DNA of 64,000 nucleotides from Amoebophrya sp. A120. Its lineage: Eukaryota; Protista; Dinoflagellata. The position numbers and the translations under genes are program-made. A model generated the notes under the pieces. That model worked only from the letters and a program-made list of their open reading frames with translations. It did not search any database and was not told the DNA's origin. The stretch lies in contig CAJINV010000005.1 of assembly GCA_905178155.1 (NCBI GenBank), forward strand, positions 2,792,054 through 2,856,053, given 5' to 3'. This document shows, piece after piece, positions 61,601 to 64,000 of this stretch (its first letter is position 1; each line of letters starts with the position of its first letter).

Positions 61601-63764
61601 TGCATTGCGACGCGCGCGACCCTTTTGCAAACGATAAGACAAGTGCAGCGACGACTTGACCAGGCACCCGAGCATCTCCGCCACCACAACCCGCTCCATG
61701 TCGGACCCCGCGCGAATCCACCTACTGAAACTTGGGGGCCTGATTCCCCTTGTCGCGGTCGCCAGAATCCCCATCGCCATCGCCTTCACCTTCTCACTCC
61801 CGCCCCAGCTGCTAAGCTCCTCGTCCGAGACGACAACAGCAAGACTCTTACTCCCATCGATGCTGATTTTGTTGAGGAGGAGGTCCGACAACGAGCGGTC
61901 TTTTTCTGTTCCCGAATCTGCAACCCGTGCTGCGCCGTAAACACCTCCGGCGAGAAATTTCCGCAGCGCCGCTGTTTGCGGCGTCATGCTGCTACCGGGT
62001 AGCTCGGGCGGTTTGACAAGCGAGAAGCGCGATGGCCCGGCCGGAACCTTCACCCGCTTCGGAAACTCCTGCCCCATGTTCGACTGGATGGCGAGCTGGT
62101 GCTTCCCGATGAGTTTCCCGGTAACAAAAACCTTCTTTTCCCACTTCTCCGTGTCGATGTTGCAGCGCAAAAGGAAAAGGGTCGCAGCCTCTTCCAGGGC
62201 TGTACCGCACTCGTGTTCCTCGCAATGGCTCGGCAAATGCACCAAGTGATGGGCGGAGCCGCTTCTGACGAATTCCTTTGGTGCGGCAGCTGCGTGTTTG
62301 GCCTGGCACATCAGCCCGGTCGCCTGGTGCGTCAAATTCATGTCCGGCCCGCGCAAATATGGATGGAAAAATAGCACAGCATGCTGGGAAACCACACCTC
62401 TTCGATTGTTTAGAGCGTACTCATGCCAAAATGGCGTGGGCTTACTGATACTATCGCTCTTTTTGCTTGGTACAACAACAACGACAACACAACTCCAGAT
62501 AGGACCCTGGCGCGACGGGAGCGTAGCGCATGTAAAGCATCGCGCCACTAATCATCTTTACATAAGTCATATAATCAAGCATCACAAGCTGGGCACTTTC
62601 TTCTCCCTTTCCCTTTTTTGGAAAAAAAACGGAATTTGTCATGCGTTATGGCATGATGAGTGGGCACCATTCCACTCACCTGGTTCCCTTTTTTTACCTT
62701 AGATCTGAAGACGAAGAAGCTTGTCACGCAAGCACTGTAGCATGAGCGGGTAGTGGTTCTAATTGATTCCGCTTCTCTAGGATCGCGCCAGAATCAATAC
62801 GCATGACAAAATCGAGGAGGCATCTTGTTCCAGCATGCTGCTTGAAAGAAGTGTGTTCGGATAAATCGCTCGACGTGTTGAGCACGAGAAGGGGGGGAAA
62901 CTTTTCGGCATGCGACAAGACGTTCTTCAAATCCCGCACGACGGTGTCCGCTACCCGTTGGGACGGTATGCGATTGTCCTGCAGGAGAGTCGCGATCTGC
63001 TTATCCTCATTCTTCAGGAGACCCTCCTGAACCACTTTCGAAGGCTGGAGGATTGTTGACGACGGCAGCGTGACCGTCTTCCAAGTCTGGCCCGCCTTCC
63101 AGGACAGGGTTACTATTGTGACGAAGAATTTTGCAGCGCGGTCGATGATCGTCAGCTTATTCGCGCCGACAGCTTTGCCAAGGCTGTCGACGCCCAATCT
63201 CGCCCCACACGGCGTCGCGTCGGACATGTGCGTCAACACCGCCGACCTGTTTCCACCACTGCTGATTATTTTCCCTGCTTCTCGTTCACCTGCTTTTTTT
63301 GCAAACAGGGCAGCCCGCTCCCATTGGACGTCGACGCGTGCCTCCCCGCTGAAGAACGGCTCCACCGTTCGATCTCGCGTCGCATCGGGAGGAAGATCGA
63401 CCTCCATGTCGGCGACACCCCCGGGCGAGTCCGAGGTCGCTGTCCGCTCCGACATGGTCTGGTTGCTGCCCGACTGAAAAAACTCTCCTCCCCCAATAGC
63501 TGCACCGCCGGTATCGCTTGCCGCAGAAAACTCGTGCTGATCACCCCAGTCCAGCAGCAACGCTGCATCGCCCCCGCCGGTGGACACGTTTGAAAAGACA
63601 TCATCGACGCCGCCAGAGGTCCCAGGCACAGCTCCCGACCAGGTAGAAGATGCTGAAGGCGAGGCGGAAATATTGTTGTTCCAATTTGTTGACGCATCTC
63701 CAAGTTCGTCGAACGCAAAAAAGTCGCCCTGCAGCTCTGCAAGCTGTGCAGCCGCTTCGCTCAT
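58684..63764 (-). CDS. Divergent hAT-like DDE transposase of about 1450 aa, at least three exons
   Basis: Ordered motifs HMSDATP (D ~63220), TSSDLS (D ~62866), CEEH (~62218), FSRW (~61720) and TTMPVERKHA (E ~60821); inferred introns at about 62387-62840 and 61412-61637. Motif-level recognition only. Confidence 0.55.
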
Positions 63765-64000
63765 GTTGTTTACCGGTCGTCGCCACTATCGAAAAGAACT
63801 AGCACGTAACAGCGGAAACCTGTGGCGTGGAGGAGGAGTACACACACACGAAGGCTGCAGACGGCGCTAGTACGTGCATACGAGCCTATGCGAAAACGAG
63901 TTCTTTTGTTTTGCGAGTCCGAGTTCAAACTTTGCCGACCAAATTTGCGATCCTCTCCTGTGCGTGCTTTGTTTTTGTATCGATTGCGACACTTCGCTCA

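Noticed and set aside
1-64000. Dinoflagellate spliced-leader relics, tRNA or rRNA genes
   Set aside because: None recognised by eye; a covariance-model search was not possible.

Overview
Eukaryotic genomic DNA whose architecture (same-strand gene cluster, compact genes, many non-canonical introns with inverted and direct repeats) points by inference to a parasitic dinoflagellate such as Amoebophrya. Positions 1-52 kb hold seven + strand genes: a GT34-like glycosyltransferase, a GT10 fucosyltransferase, a GPAT, an M14 carboxypeptidase, seipin, a very elongated Ser/Thr kinase and a large secreted O-fucosyltransferase-domain protein. Two classes of insertion interrupt them. (1) Eighteen short (110-331 bp) TAT...ATA hairpin elements with 5-bp target duplications, present in either orientation, whose removal together with one duplication restores the reading frame without GT/GC-AG ends. 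(2) Insertions of 1.2-3.6 kb flanked by unusually long (39 bp or more) duplications of host coding sequence, in which the copies differ almost only by synonymous, conservative or in-frame changes. Both classes share a GCAT[G/T/C]ACAA motif. Positions 54-64 kb switch to the - strand and encode a split, highly divergent hAT-like DDE transposase (D, D, CxxH, RW, E) plus an unknown gene; this is a candidate autonomous element for the introners. A 7.19-kb tandem duplication around a single N (36155) is probably an assembly artefact.
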